In this document: positions 10,683 through 22,606 of the stretch, piece after piece
How the letters are laid out: every line of letters starts with the position of its first letter
Position numbering within the stretch: position 1 is the stretch's first letter
Assembly: GCA_963749495.1 (NCBI GenBank)
Contig: CAVVMW010000018.1
Location: 96,001 to 160,000, forward strand
Length of the DNA stretch: 64,000 nt
Direction: 5' to 3'
Source: an uncultured bacterium
Lineage (GTDB): Bacteria; Verrucomicrobiota; Verrucomicrobiia; Limisphaerales; UBA8199
Position numbers and translations under genes: made by a program
Notes under the pieces: generated by a model
Told to the model about the DNA's origin: nothing
Databases searched by the model: none
Seen by the model: only the letters and a program-made list of their open reading frames with translations

Positions 10683-12539
10683 ATGAGCACATCGCCTGAA
10701 AACGAATTCGATCTGGAAAAACTCTTCCTGCCGGCGTGGGCGCAACAGCCCTCCTCGGCCAAGTACATCCACTACGAGGGGGAAGAAGAACGCCCGGAGC
10801 GCCGAGGGGAACGGCGCGGCCCCCGGCCCCCGCGCCGCGAGGGCATGCCGGGGCCAAGGCGCGACGGGGCCCGCCCGCGTGGAGAGTCGCGTGGCCGCGC
10901 GCCCCGGCCCGAGGGCGGCCCCTGGCCGCCGCGCCACGAGGGCAGGCCCCCCGCCCGGCGCCCCGAGGCCCTCGAACACCGCCCGCCGCCGCCGCCCCTG
11001 CCCGAGCTCAACCTCTCCCTGCTCCCGGACGAAAAGGGCGTCGAATCCCTCGCCCGCCAGATCAAGATGACCGGACGCGCCTACCCGCTCTTCGACATTG
11101 CCCAAATGATCCTGCAGAAGCCGGAGCGCCACGCCATCGTCTTCAGCATCAAACGCAATCCCGAAGGGCAGCCCGTCCAGCCCCTGTTTGTCTGCGCCCT
11201 GGACGACACCCTTTGGCTCTCGCAAACCGAGGCGGCGGCGCACGTGCTCCGCAAGCATTTCGCCACGTTCTACAAGGCCGAACGCACCCCCAAAGACCCG
11301 CCCAAGGGCACCTATACCTTTGTCGCCCAGTGCGGCCTGAGCGGCGTCATCCTGGGCCCGCCCAATTACCACGACTACCAAAACCAGTTGCGCAAGCTCC
11401 ACGCCGAGCGGTTCTCCCGAATGCCATTCGAGGCCTTCAAGGCCCGCGTCCGCATCGTCCGCGACGAGGAAGTGGTCAAGAAATGGATCGAAGACCAAAG
11501 CTGGCACACCGTCTATGACTGCCTCAACCTGCCGGAACCGCTCCGCCTGGGCACCATGGACGAGGTCGAAAAGCACTTCCGCCAGACCCATCAGGAGAAC
11601 ATCATCAAGCCGGTCGAATCTCACACCCTGAGCGGCGCCGCCGCGCGCCTGCTCCGCAGCCCCGAGCTGCTGCGCCTCATCCGCAGCGTCTGGGAAGACC
11701 AGCGCCGGTTCCCCCTCCAGATCGCCACGGTCCTCAGCCAGCAGTTCGCCACTCACGGCTTGCAGTTCTTCAAGGTCAACAAGTCCATTACCCACGTCTG
11801 CGTCGCCCGCCCGCACTTTCTGGACCTGGCCGCCGCCCCGGTCTCCGAGGGCATCAGGCGCATTGTCGAGCACATCGACGCCCATCCCCGATGCACGCGA
11901 CGCGACCTGGTCGAGGGCCTCGCCCCCTCCCCGGCCCCGGCTCCAGCCCCCGTCCCGATTCCGGCCCCGGCTCAGGCACTGCCCGGCCAGGACCAGCCCC
12001 CGGCTCAGGCACTGCCCGGCCAGGACCAGCCCCCGGCTCCTCAACCCGAACTCAATCAGCCCACGCCGGAGCAGACGAGCATCATAGCCGATTTGCACTG
12101 GCTCATCCATCAGGGGCACGTTATCGAGTTCGCTAATGGCATCCTCGAGACGGCCAAGAAACCCGCTCCCAGGCCGCCCAAGCCCGAACCCAAGCCCGCC
12201 GAGCAACCTGCCCCGGCCCAGGCCGAACCGGTCTCCGCCCCCACAGGTCAGGCGCCAGAGGTGGCCGGGGCTGAGCCGGCGCCGCCCCCCAAGGCCGGCC
12301 CCGAGACTGCCGCGGCGCCGGAGCTTGCCCTCTTGGAACCGCCTCCTCCGCCCGCGGAGGCGCCGCCCGCCGTCCCCGCAGAGGGCGCGTCGCTTGAGAG
12401 TCCCCCTGCCGCCGCCGCCGCGGCGGCCCGCCAGCCGGAGCAGGCGCCCCCGGCAGGCGAGCCGGCAGAACCGCTCCCTGCGCCAGAGGGCCAAACGCAG
12501 GTCGAACCGGTCCCGGCCCCTGCTCAGTCTCAGCCGTAG
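10683..12539 (+). CDS. Conserved hypothetical protein with Pro/Ala-rich termini
   Basis: 618 aa, globular core, strong GC3 bias, 33-bp tandem repeat at ~11967-12035. Confidence 0.75.
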   Translation: MSTSPENEFDLEKLFLPAWAQQPSSAKYIHYEGEEERPERRGERRGPRPPRREGMPGPRRDGARPRGESRGRAPRPEGGPWPPRHEGRPPARRPEALEHRPPPPPLPELNLSLLPDEKGVESLARQIKMTGRAYPLFDIAQMILQKPERHAIVFSIKRNPEGQPVQPLFVCALDDTLWLSQTEAAAHVLRKHFATFYKAERTPKDPPKGTYTFVAQCGLSGVILGPPNYHDYQNQLRKLHAERFSRMPFEAFKARVRIVRDEEVVKKWIEDQSWHTVYDCLNLPEPLRLGTMDEVEKHFRQTHQENIIKPVESHTLSGAAARLLRSPELLRLIRSVWEDQRRFPLQIATVLSQQFATHGLQFFKVNKSITHVCVARPHFLDLAAAPVSEGIRRIVEHIDAHPRCTRRDLVEGLAPSPAPAPAPVPIPAPAQALPGQDQPPAQALPGQDQPPAPQPELNQPTPEQTSIIADLHWLIHQGHVIEFANGILETAKKPAPRPPKPEPKPAEQPAPAQAEPVSAPTGQAPEVAGAEPAPPPKAGPETAAAPELALLEPPPPPAEAPPAVPAEGASLESPPAAAAAAARQPEQAPPAGEPAEPLPAPEGQTQVEPVPAPAQSQP

Positions 12540-12548
12540 GGACTGGTT

Positions 12549-13784
12549 ATGTCATTCTCCAAACTGGGGCTTTCCAGCGCCATGGTCGAGGGAGTCAAGG
12601 CCATGGGCTACGTGGAGCCAACGCCAATTCAGCTTCGGGCAGTGCCGCTCATCTTGAACGGCCAGGACGTCATTGGCAGCGCGCAGACGGGCACAGGCAA
12701 GACGGCGGCCTTTGCGTTGCCGATCCTGTCCCGGCTCGGCCGGCATGACGCCCGGGCCAGAGTCCTGGTCCTGGAACCGACGCGGGAGCTGGCGGCGCAG
12801 GTCGAGACGGCCATTCGCGGCTTTGCGCGGTTCACCGACCTGCGCACGGTGGTGGTGTTTGGCGGCGTGGGCTACGGGCGCCAAATCGAGGCGCTCCGGA
12901 GCGGGGTGGATGTCATCGTGGCCACACCGGGCCGTTTGCTGGACCATCTGCGCCAGGGCCATTGCACGCTGGGCTATGTGAAGTACCTGGTCCTGGACGA
13001 AGCGGACCGGATGCTGGACATGGGCTTTTTGCCCGACGTGCGGCGCATCCTGGAGCGGTGTCCCCGCCAGCGGCACACCTCGCTCTTTTCGGCCACCATC
13101 CCGCCGGAGATCGAGACCCTCATCCAGTGGGCCATGCGCAACCCCCAAACCGTCGAAATCGGCGCCCGGCGCACCCCCAAAGACACCGTCACCCACGTCC
13201 TCTACCCGGTCTCCGATGCCCAGAAAACCGACCTCCTCCTGGAGTTGCTCCGGCGCGTCAATTTCGAATCGGCCATCGTCTTCTGCCGCACCAAGCAGGG
13301 GGCCGACCGCGCCGCCCATGTGCTCAAGCGCCACAACCACGCCGTCGCCGTCCTGCACTCCAACCGCACCCAGAGCGAGCGCGAACAGGCCCTCCGCGGC
13401 TTCCGCGAAGGCCGCTACGAGGTCCTGGTCGCCACCGACATCGCGTCGCGCGGCCTGGACATCTCCAACGTGAGCCACGTCATCAACTACGACGTGCCCC
13501 AGCACCCCGAGGACTACATCCACCGCATCGGGCGCACCGGGCGCATGGAGGCCACCGGCGATGCCTTCACCCTGATGGTCGCCGAGGATATCCGCCACGT
13601 GAATGCCATCGAACGCTTCATCAGCCAGAAAATCCCCCGCGTCAAACTCGACCATTTCGATTATCGCTACACCGCCCTTTTCGAGGAGGGCAAGCCGGGC
13701 CGGCCCCAGGGCGGCGTCTCCCGCGTCCGGGGCGCCCGCATCCGGGGCGGCTACTTCTACGGCCCCGCCCGGCGCAGACATTGA
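12549..13784 (+). CDS. DEAD-box RNA helicase (RhlE-like)
   Basis: Q motif PTPIQ, AQTGTGKT, PTRELA, DEAD, SAT, HRIGRTGR. Confidence 0.95.
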   Translation: MSFSKLGLSSAMVEGVKAMGYVEPTPIQLRAVPLILNGQDVIGSAQTGTGKTAAFALPILSRLGRHDARARVLVLEPTRELAAQVETAIRGFARFTDLRTVVVFGGVGYGRQIEALRSGVDVIVATPGRLLDHLRQGHCTLGYVKYLVLDEADRMLDMGFLPDVRRILERCPRQRHTSLFSATIPPEIETLIQWAMRNPQTVEIGARRTPKDTVTHVLYPVSDAQKTDLLLELLRRVNFESAIVFCRTKQGADRAAHVLKRHNHAVAVLHSNRTQSEREQALRGFREGRYEVLVATDIASRGLDISNVSHVINYDVPQHPEDYIHRIGRTGRMEATGDAFTLMVAEDIRHVNAIERFISQKIPRVKLDHFDYRYTALFEEGKPGRPQGGVSRVRGARIRGGYFYGPARRRH

Positions 13785-13788
13785 ACGC

Positions 13789-13837
13789 AAAAAAAAGTTT
13801 AAAAAAACGTTGACACGGGCCGCCCTTTCGCTATGAT
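13789..13837 (+). promoter_or_regulatory. Sigma-70 promoter with A-rich UP element
   Basis: TTGACA (13810-15), 16 bp, TATGAT (13832-37), preceded by A tracts. Confidence 0.75.
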
Positions 13838-13901
13838 GGACCTCGAAATCGTTTAAGCCGGCTATCTAGCGGTAGCTGGACGGCACCGTACCGAGGACCA
13901 T

Positions 13902-14622
13902 ATGAAGAATCTTTTAACGAAGAGCGGTTGGTTGGCGGCAGGCGCCCTGAGCTTCACGTTGGGCTTCTCAGCCAACGCGGACATTCTGTTCAACAATACC
14001 AGCGTCGATCGGGCGATTCAGTTTAACCCCGGCACGTCCGAAGTTGGAGACCAGATTTACCTGAGCAGCGCCGGGTACATCACCAATTTCGCCATCGAGT
14101 ACCTGGGGCACCGGTCCCGGCGGCAGTTCCACCTTCGCAGGTTCCACCGTCCAGATGCGCGTGAGGTGGTACCTCAACGACGGCACGGCCGTCAATGGTT
14201 ATGGCTCTCCGGGCACCCTGGAGTTCGATAGCAATTGGAATACCATTACAGCAACCGCTGGCTCTACTCTCAAGTTCACCACGCCCCCTGATTTCCCGAC
14301 CGCTGCTCCGGGAGGCACCAACGGACTCTTCATCCCCTCCCGGCAACTGACCGTGACCGTCCAGTTCCAGGGCCTGGGTGCCGGCGACACCGCGGGCCTC
14401 GAACTCTTCGGCCCCGTCCCGACCACCGGCGACCAGTTCGCCGATTACTGGTTGAAGACCGTCTCCTCCAGCACGTGGCAGTTGCTCCAGGACACTAATG
14501 GCGTCCAGGTCACCTTCGGCGAGGAATGGATGGGCACGCCGGTGCCTGAGCCCTCGACTCTGGCCATCTCCCTCGTGGGCGGTGTGGGCCTGTTCCTGGC
14601 GGTTCGCCGGTTCCGCAAGTAA
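13902..14622 (+). CDS. PEP-CTERM sorted surface protein; frameshift near 14103
   Basis: GAGGA RBS, signal peptide, C-terminal VPEPSTLAISLVGGVGLFLAVRRFRK. Confidence 0.85.
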
Positions 14623-14713
14623 GCGGCAGCCCGCCAAATGCTCTTCCGAGGCGCGAGTTTCACTCGCGCCTCACTTTTTTGTACACGCCCGGGAACAACG
14701 CTGAGGTCTAGCG

Positions 14714-14909
14714 CGCGTCGCGGAGCAACGCAGTGAAGGTAGCCGTGGACCTCGGTCCACGGTTTGCGGCGTGGGAACGGACCCGCGTCGCGTAGCGACG
14801 GCTGACGGCCTCGCGGTTTTCAGGCGTCGCTCCGCGACGCGGTCGTGCTTGGGCCATGGGTCCGTGGACTGGAAGTCCACGGCTACCATCGGGCACCGCT
14901 ACGCGGTGA
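14714..14909. repeat. Family A element
   Basis: Near-identical to 6869-7063. Confidence 0.85.
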
Positions 14910-14972
14910 GCCGGACGCGGTCATGACCTGGGCCGTTGGCCCGGGCATGGGCCGCGCCGTTGGCGCTCCAGG

Positions 14973-15006
14973 CCATCAATCCATCAATCCATCAATCCAT
15001 CAATCC
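14973..15006. repeat. 8-bp microsatellite (CCATCAAT)x4
   Basis: Seen directly. Confidence 0.8.
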
Positions 15007-15035
15007 CCCCCCGAAGGGTTCTTGCGCCCAGCAAC

Positions 15036-16854
15036 TCACTGGGCGGGCTTTTCGAATTTGGCCGGGCCGAGGGTGAGGGTGCCTTGGAAGAGGGCGGGGG
15101 CGTTGGTGACGATGCCGGCGCCCAGCAGGGTGGCCGTGGCGGCGGCGCTGGGCCAGGAGATGGCGGCCAGGGCCTGGGAGTCCAGGGAGAGCAAATCGGA
15201 AGTCAGCACCAGGCGCTCGAGGGCGTACTGAGTGCGCGCGGCGGGCGCGGAATTCGGGACGGATGCCAGAACGCTGTTGGTGAACCAACTGCTGATATCC
15301 GTATCGCGGTTGGTCCCGTTGAGCATGTCGCGGACCACGAATCGCGAGGCGCCCGTGTTTGAAGGAGTGACCAGGAGGAGTTTTGCTGCCGAGGAGAAGC
15401 CGCCATTGGGCGCCGCTTGCGCCAGGGCTTTGAGGATGTCCTTGTTGGCAAGGGCTGCTCGGAAGACGGTCGAGCCGGCGGCATTGGCCGGGCCTTGGAT
15501 AGTGGCCGTGAGAGTGAGCAGCACGCTCTGGACGGCGTTGGAGAAACCGCCGTTGATGCTCCAGGCTCAGCTTCTGGGTCAACAGGCCCGCAGGGTCGGT
15601 GCGCACAAGGCTGGTGCGGTCCTGGACCAGAGCGCTGATGAAATGGCCGCCGGGGCCGAGTCCCGGCGGCAGGCCCAGGGAAAGGTTGGTGGCCCCGCTC
15701 ACTGGCTGGCCGTCGGCCAGCCACTGCACGCTCAGGTCGTGAGTGGCAGGCTGCAGCAGGTCCAGGCTGAAGTCCGCCCCCTGGCCGGCAGGCACCGTCA
15801 GGCTCAGGCCTCCAGGGCTGAAACCGTCCACTGGCCGGACGCTCTGGTAAATCGCGCGCACCAGGGCCTGGCTGCAGACCTCGCAGAAGGGCGAACCGAA
15901 ACTGCCCATCATGCAATTGAGCTTGGGACGATACCAGCCGTTGGTGTGATAATGGGCGCCCTGGAACAACCCGACTACCTCGGCGTAGTCGGAGCTCAGC
16001 GGCGTGGGCAGCGGGGTGCCGGGCGCTATCCAGACACTCCATTTGATATAGCCTGGCCGCGTCTCGCGCGTGGTGTTGGGCTCCTCGGTATCGGGAAAAC
16101 CGGGCCTGGCGGTGGTGTATTCATCGCCCAGGTTGGCCAGCACGTGGCCCGTCTCGTGGGTGAGAATGATCAGGGCTTCGTCCGGAACCACGCCGGCCGA
16201 AGTCGAGGCAAGGGCGGTCTTGTCGAATCCGTCCGAGCCTCCGGGGACGGAGTCGTTTACCAGGAGAATGGGCAGGCGGCAGCGGGGCAGGAGGGCCTTG
16301 AGCAGCGCGTCCACCTTGGCCTGGCCGGCCGGCGGCATCGTGATGAGACGGTCGTCGAGGTCGTACGTGCTGCCGAAGTAAGTGTTCCTCTTGATCCCGG
16401 AATTGAGGTGAGTCGAGCCGGCTTGAGGCGAGGCAACGAAGATGGCGAAGGCGTTGAAATAGCCGCTGTATTCCCGGTAGGGCGGCCAGGAGAGCAGGGC
16501 GGTGACCGAGTTGGTCGCAGCCGCCAGGAACAGGCCCGATTGATTGCTGGTGTAGCCCTCGGAGAGCAGCACCATGTTCAGCCGGTTGGACACCGGGCCG
16601 TTGATCAGAATCGTGCTCAACAGGGGCTGGCCATCCGCGCGCAGGCCGCCCGCAGCCAGCACGCCCAATCCCAATGCCGCGATAATGCCGAGCAGCCCGC
16701 GCCGGTGACCCCTCACCCCGGCCCTCTCCCCATCTGATGGGGAGAGGGAGATGCTACGGACGCCCTCGGGAACATCGGACGCCGAAACGCTACCCCCTCT
16801 CCCCGTCCGACGGGGAGAGGGCTGGGGTGAGGGGCTTTCCGGTGATAGTCTCAT
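15036..16854 (-). CDS. Secreted M64-family (IgA peptidase-like) metallopeptidase; frameshift near 15560
   Basis: NRLNMVLLSEGYT, HETGH..LGDEY, YRPKLNCMM, FCEVC; C-terminal domain continues in ORF 15036-15524. Confidence 0.8.
16708..16834. repeat. Palindromic repeat family D (CCCTCACCCCGGCCCTCTCCC...GGGAGAGGG)
   Basis: Also at 56459-56603 and partially at 42535-42555. Confidence 0.8.
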
Positions 16855-16872
16855 CTTGAAAGTCAAATCGGG

Positions 16873-19783
16873 TCATTCGAAGCTCAGCCGGTAAAAGCGG
16901 CTAGCCGGGGGATTGGTGAGACTGAGCACCCACCAGTTGTTGGTGGTCAGGACCGGCGTTGAGGCCAAGGTGGTCCACTGGGCCGGGGGTGCGAGGCTGG
17001 GCGTTTCCTTGAGCGTCAGGGGTGCGCTATTGGTCCAGGAGAGCAGGACCAACTGCCGGCCCAGATGCGCGCCGGCCGCGCCATAAGAACGAGGTCATGC
17101 TCAGCGCCGGCACTGCCTGCACCGGCACGGCCAGGGAGAATTCGGAGGTATTGCCCTGGGCATCGGTGGCCGTGGCGGTGATGACGCTGACCGCCGGCAC
17201 CGGGTTGGTGAGAAAGGCCAGGAAACTGCCGTTGCAGTCCGCGCCGGTGGATACCGTCTTTTCGCCCAGATAGACCTGTCCCTCGCCATGATCCTGGCCG
17301 ATGATCAGGTCGGGCATCGGCTCAGCAAAGAACTGGACACGGCAGAGGCCGTTGGGGCGGGTGTTGAGCGTGCCGCTGACGCCGGTGCCGTTTGGCCCCG
17401 CCACCGCGTTGGAGAGCACGGGGTAATTCTGCCCGAGATTGGCGGCCCCGGCCCCGACCCCCGCATCGCAGGGCAGATTAGCCCACACGCCGTATTGGCC
17501 GAGGTTGATGCCCAGGGCGCCATTGGCGAAGATCGCGTTGCCCAGGATGGAATCGCAAGCGGCGCCGTCGCGGATGCGGACCCCCGCGAAATCCCCATGG
17601 GCGTAAGCGATGCGGTTGCCCGCGTTGGCATCGCCGCCGATCAGGTTGTAATTGGCCCCGGCCTCGCACTCGACGCCGTGAAAGATGTTGCACAGGTTGG
17701 CCACCCCGTCGCTCTTGGTGCCAATCCAGTTGCCCTGGATGACATTCCAGCAGGAATTGGTCATGTAGATGCCGTCGCCGTTGGCATAAGAAGCGCCGTT
17801 GCCGGAGATTAGATTGCCCGCGCCCGGCGCCGCGCCCCCGATGACATTGGTGGAGGCGCTCTCGATGTAGATGCCGTCGTAGAAGTTGCCCAGCCGGGCC
17901 GTGCCGGTGAGGTCGGTGCCGATCTTGTTGCCCTGGATGAGAGTGCCGCTGGAGCCGCTGCCGACGATGGAAATGCCCGTGTAGCTATTGGCTGAAATGA
18001 GGTTGCCGGCCCCCGGGGTTGCGCCGCCAATCCTGTTGCCCGGAGCATCGGAGAGGAAGAGCCCGGACGCGCCGTAGGGGGCGGCGAGGCCGTTGGGCAG
18101 GGGGGCCGTGCCGCTGGAATCGGTCCCGATGAGATTGCCGGCCACCACGTTGCCCGTGGCGGTGGCGCCGTCCAGTTGGAGGCCGTCCAACCCGTTGCCG
18201 GAGATCACGTTGCGCGCCCCGGTGAGGGCCCCGCCGATCGTGTTGCCTGGGGATTGGATGTACACGCCCGCCATGCCATTGGTCAACGAGGTCTGGCCGC
18301 CGGCATCGGTGCCGATCCAATTGCCCTGCACCAGGTTGGCCGTGGTTCCGGAGATGAGCGCGACCCCGTGGCCGCGGTTGCCTGAAATCACGTTGCCCGC
18401 CCCGGTGAGCGTCCCCCCAACCGCGTTGGAAAGTCCGCCGGAAATGGTGACTCCACTATAGGCATTGCCCAGGGTGCCTGCGCCAGTTCCGTCCACTCCG
18501 ATGCGGTTGCCCTGCACCAGGTTGCCCACGCCGTTGGTGATGAAGATGCCGTCCTGTTGGTTGCCCAAAATCAGGTTGGCCGCCCCGGGCACAGTCCCCC
18601 CGATGAGGTTGGCGTTCGCGTTTTCGATGGTTATGCCTGCGTAGCTGTTGCCCAGGGCCTGCCGTCCCGAGGGCCTGGCGCCAATGCTGTTGCCCTGCAC
18701 CACGTTGTTGGTCGCGCCGGCACCGTCGACGAGGATTCCTGCATGGCTATTGGCCAGGATCACGTTGCCCGCCCTGGCACCGGTGCCCCCAATGAGGTTC
18801 GAGGCCGCCTCGACAATCGAGATGCCGTCCCCGGCGTTGCTCAAGCTCATGCTCCCGGTCACGTCGGTGCCGATGTAATTGCCCTGCACCACATTGCCGT
18901 TGGCGCCCGGACCCTGGAGCAGCACGCCGCTGCCGCCGTTGCCGGCGAGGATGTTCGTTGCACCGGGCGTCGCGCCGCCTATGAGGTTGCCCGACGAGTT
19001 CAACACCAGCACGCCGTTATTGGCGTTGCCGAGCCGCGTACGGCCGTTGGCAGTCGTGCCGATGAAATTGCCCAGCACTGCGTTGCTCGGGGCGGAGTAG
19101 AGATAGACGCCGCAATCGGAGCTGGCAGAGATCACATTGCGGTCCGCGGCATTGGTCCCGCCTATCACATTGCCCTGGGACGAATAGACGTAGATCCCCT
19201 CCCCGCCGTTGGCCCGGCTGAGGGTGCCGCTCACATCCAGGCCGATGAAATTGCCCCGGATCCAGTGGTTGCCCAGGCCCTCGATCCGCACCCCGCCCCC
19301 GGCAAACCGGTTGATGACCAGCCCGCAGACCACACAGTTGCTCGAGAGCAAATGCAGACCGTTGCCGCCCCCCGCGCTCGCCCCGTCCAGCTCGATCAAT
19401 GGAGAGCCGGCGAACCCCGGCTGGGTCGTGCCGTCAATCACCACCGGGTCCGTGACTGCTGGCAGGGCCGAATGGGGGAGGATCGTGTGAGTGGCCTTGC
19501 CCGGTATTCGGAAGATGATCTTGTCCAGCCCATTGCTCGAGTTGGCATTGAGCATCGCCTCGCGCAATGAACCCACCCCGCTGTTGAGCGTGTTCGAGAC
19601 CACGAACGTCGCCGCCTCGCTCCTGAGCCCCGCGCCAGCCGCCGCCAACACCAACCCCAGCCACGCCCCAGCCCAGCGGCGCCCGAGGCCAGCCTGGGCC
19701 CGGAGACGCGAAATGCCCGGAATAGTCTCTTCCCTCCGGCCGCCTTCGCCACCGCTTGTCATATCCGGCATAAGTGCAGACAT
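16873..19783 (-). CDS. Large secreted parallel beta-helix repeat protein; frameshift near the 3' end (~17030-17090)
   Basis: ATFVVSNTLNSGVGSLREA, repeated N.VQGNYIGTD/N.IGG motifs, GNTSEFS; true C-terminus ...RFYRLSFE* at 16873. Confidence 0.8.
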
Positions 19784-19847
19784 CGCCCCCTGTGATGCCC
19801 TAAATCCGCGTCAATTGCAATGTGATAATGGGCGGGAACCGAGGGCC

Positions 19848-20026
19848 GAGGGGCGAGGGTCGAGGGAAGGGACCTCCGCCCCTCGCCCCTCGCCCCTCGG
19901 CCCCCGGTGTGCGGTCACTTCTGAACCGAGGTCTGAGTTTGCCAGCCGCTCTTGGCCAGAGGGCCTCCTGCCATGATTTTGCCAAAAATGATTTTGCAGA
20001 GAATGATTCTGCAAAAATGATTCTGC
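19848..20026. repeat. Short-period repeats: 7-bp inverted array and 15-bp ATGATTTTGC array
   Basis: (GAGGGGC)n/(CCCTCGC)n then ATGATTYTGC x4. Confidence 0.7.
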
Positions 20027-20041
20027 CTTCCTCCGGCGCGC

Positions 20042-22168
20042 TCAGCGCCCCAGGGCCACCTCTTGCTCGGCATCCCGGTCGACTGGCAGCTCGAGCGTCT
20101 CATTTCGGGCGGCAAGCCCCTCGAGGTGGAGGAGGACCCTGTTGGGGCGGCTGCCCTTGAGCTGGGCCAGCCTGACGCGGGCACTCCGCCCATCGTCCGA
20201 AACGCGGACCTCCAGGCGCAACGGGCCGAACGGGGTCAGGACGCCGTTGAGGCGGGTGATGCTCCCCGGGCGGGCCCATTGCGAGGGGAACCCCTCCAGC
20301 AGGTGCAGTTCCCTGCCGCGGTCCAACTCCAGCAGGTGCGCCGTCAGGCGGACGAATTCGGCGCTGGCCCAATTGTGGGGCATGTCGCCCACTTCCTCAT
20401 TGCCCTTGCCCGAGGGTTTCTGCTCCTCGCGCCAGACCCGGGTGGGGCTGGCGTGCTGGGCGAAGGCGTAGAGCACCTCGGCGGCCTCGCGGCCCTGGCC
20501 CTGCCAGAGCAAGGCATGGCCGTAAAAGGAAGCGAAGTAAGTCCAGATGCCGTCCCGCATCCAGCCCGTGTCGAAGACCATCCCCTCGACTTTGGTGGCC
20601 CCGAGCATCGCCAACTGGCCCGCGACCAGCGGGTCGTCCTGGGCAAACACCTGGCCCGGGTACACCGCATGGCAAAAGGCCCACTGGCCCCGCGCGGGCA
20701 CATGCCCATCGAGATTGCCCATCATCGTCGGCAGGTAGGCATGGCCGAACCTGTCCTTGAGCAGGTCCCGCGCGGCCGCTTTGCGGAAGGCGGCGTTGAA
20801 ATCGTCGAACTCCTCTTGCCATGCGCGGGCATCGGCGTCGTTCCCCAGCCAGCGCGCCGCGGCGATCGCCGCCTTGAGGCCCGCCAGGCACCAGCACGTG
20901 TTCGAGTACTCCGGCTTGTCGGTCGTGCCGATGCCGCCATCGACGAAGCCCCCGGGCAGCAAGCGGTAATTGAGGGCTTGCGGGTCCGACGAGGCGCGCG
21001 CCCTCAGGTTCTGTATCGCCTTGACCACGCGCTGGAGGGCGGGCCAGCGCGCCCGCAGCCACTCCTTGTCCTGCGTCAACTGGGCATGCCGCACCGCCGC
21101 CCACAATACGATCCCGTTCTCTTTCCAGTACCTCCCCAGCAGCTCGAAGCTGCCGTCGGGCTTTTGGTGGCTCAGAAGGTACTCGATCCCGGCCCGGGCA
21201 TCCTGGCCCCGGCCCAGCAACGCCGCCGTCTCCAGCAGAAACGAGCCGTCCACCACCCACAACCCGCGATAAACGGTCGGCCCGACATGGAACGCCGGCT
21301 GGCCCTGCTTGATCTCGCGCGCCTGCCAGATGTTGCGCACGCACGATTCGAGCATGGCCTGGATGTCGGCGTCCGGCACCTGGATAGTGGCGAAGGGCAG
21401 GTCCGCCTGCTCCCACCATTGGCGGGCGGCGTCGCGCGCCTGGCGGGCCTGCTCGACGCTCAGCGCCCGCGCAGCTTTGGCGCCGTGCCGGCAGACCGTG
21501 AAGGCTGCCTGGCGGACCGCACCCGGCTCCATCTCCACCGCGGGCAGGCGCACCAGGGACTCCCTGGCGCCGTTGGTGCTGCACGACTCGATGCGCTCAG
21601 ACGCCGCGATGCGCGTTCCTTGCCCCGCCTCGATTTCCTGGTCGTTTTCGTTGAAAACCACCGGCCCCGGGGTCTGGATGCGCAGGAGCGGCTGGCGGGT
21701 GGCGTTCTTGGCCGTGTTGTTGTGGAGCGTCACCAGGATGACGGCTTGGCGTTCCGGCAGGCCCCCGCCGGCATTGGTTGCCGTCACGACGAAGGCCTCT
21801 TCCAATACCTCGACGCCTTGGGCGTCCTTCCGGGTCTGGACAATCGGCGCCCGCGCCGAGGCGGTCTGCTGCCGCAACCAGCGCGCGCCGCCCGCTATCT
21901 CGGGCTGGGTGCAGATGCCGAAATTGCGCGCCCCGCCGCCCCCAAAATCCAGCAGCAGTTGGCCCTCCTTGCCCACCAGCATCTTGTCCGGGTCATCCGG
22001 CAGGCAGATGGCCGTCTGCCACCACGCGGGCGCGCAACGAAAATCCGCCCGCATCGGTTCCGCGACCCCTCCGGCGGCTGCCAGCGCCATGAGCAGCGCG
22101 GCCGCGGGGCCAAGGCGAAGGTGAGGGCCGCGCACAGGGGGCGAGGGGCGAGGGGCGAGGGTGTTCAT
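20042..22168 (-). CDS. Secreted six-hairpin (alpha/alpha)6 glycoside hydrolase-like protein
   Basis: YRGLWVVDG, WREEQ, GDMPHNWASAEF, signal peptide. Confidence 0.7.
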   Translation of the reverse strand: MNTLAPRPSPPVRGPHLRLGPAAALLMALAAAGGVAEPMRADFRCAPAWWQTAICLPDDPDKMLVGKEGQLLLDFGGGGARNFGICTQPEIAGGARWLRQQTASARAPIVQTRKDAQGVEVLEEAFVVTATNAGGGLPERQAVILVTLHNNTAKNATRQPLLRIQTPGPVVFNENDQEIEAGQGTRIAASERIESCSTNGARESLVRLPAVEMEPGAVRQAAFTVCRHGAKAARALSVEQARQARDAARQWWEQADLPFATIQVPDADIQAMLESCVRNIWQAREIKQGQPAFHVGPTVYRGLWVVDGSFLLETAALLGRGQDARAGIEYLLSHQKPDGSFELLGRYWKENGIVLWAAVRHAQLTQDKEWLRARWPALQRVVKAIQNLRARASSDPQALNYRLLPGGFVDGGIGTTDKPEYSNTCWCLAGLKAAIAAARWLGNDADARAWQEEFDDFNAAFRKAAARDLLKDRFGHAYLPTMMGNLDGHVPARGQWAFCHAVYPGQVFAQDDPLVAGQLAMLGATKVEGMVFDTGWMRDGIWTYFASFYGHALLWQGQGREAAEVLYAFAQHASPTRVWREEQKPSGKGNEEVGDMPHNWASAEFVRLTAHLLELDRGRELHLLEGFPSQWARPGSITRLNGVLTPFGPLRLEVRVSDDGRSARVRLAQLKGSRPNRVLLHLEGLAARNETLELPVDRDAEQEVALGR

Positions 22169-22336
22169 AGGCTGGGCTGGTTCTTTTCTGCGCGTCTATA
22201 GTCGAAATGCGACCGGGAGGCGAGTCAAAAAGGGCGGAGGGCGAGGCAAGGGCGCGTCCCTGCCCCGGAGTGCGCCCGTCCCCGGGCGCAGCAGCGATGG
22301 AGCGGGCAGGCGCGCAGGTGTGTTTGACCGCTGCCC

Positions 22337-22606
22337 AGGTGCGATTAAAAGCGTGGGGCATGCGCCTCGGGAGTTTTGTCCCGGAGGGACACCTGACAAT
22401 AGCCCGGCGTTTCAACGCCGGGGAGGCCACAAAAGGGACCCTCGTCCCGAACGGACGAGTGACAACACTCCTGGCTTTCAGCCGTCCCTTCGGGACGGAC
22501 CTGCTTTTTGGGGCCGCTCACCCGGCGTTGAAACGCCGGGCTATTGTCGGAAGCCCCTTCGGGGCAAAAAGGCGGCCTTGGCTGGCCGACAGTTTTAACA
22601 GCACCC
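22337..22606. mobile_element. MITE family B copy 2 with target-site duplication
   Basis: TIRs AGGTGCGATTAAAA/TTTTAACAGCACCC; flanks CCGCTGCCC and CCGCTGCCG; empty paralogous site at 24091-24099. Confidence 0.85.
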
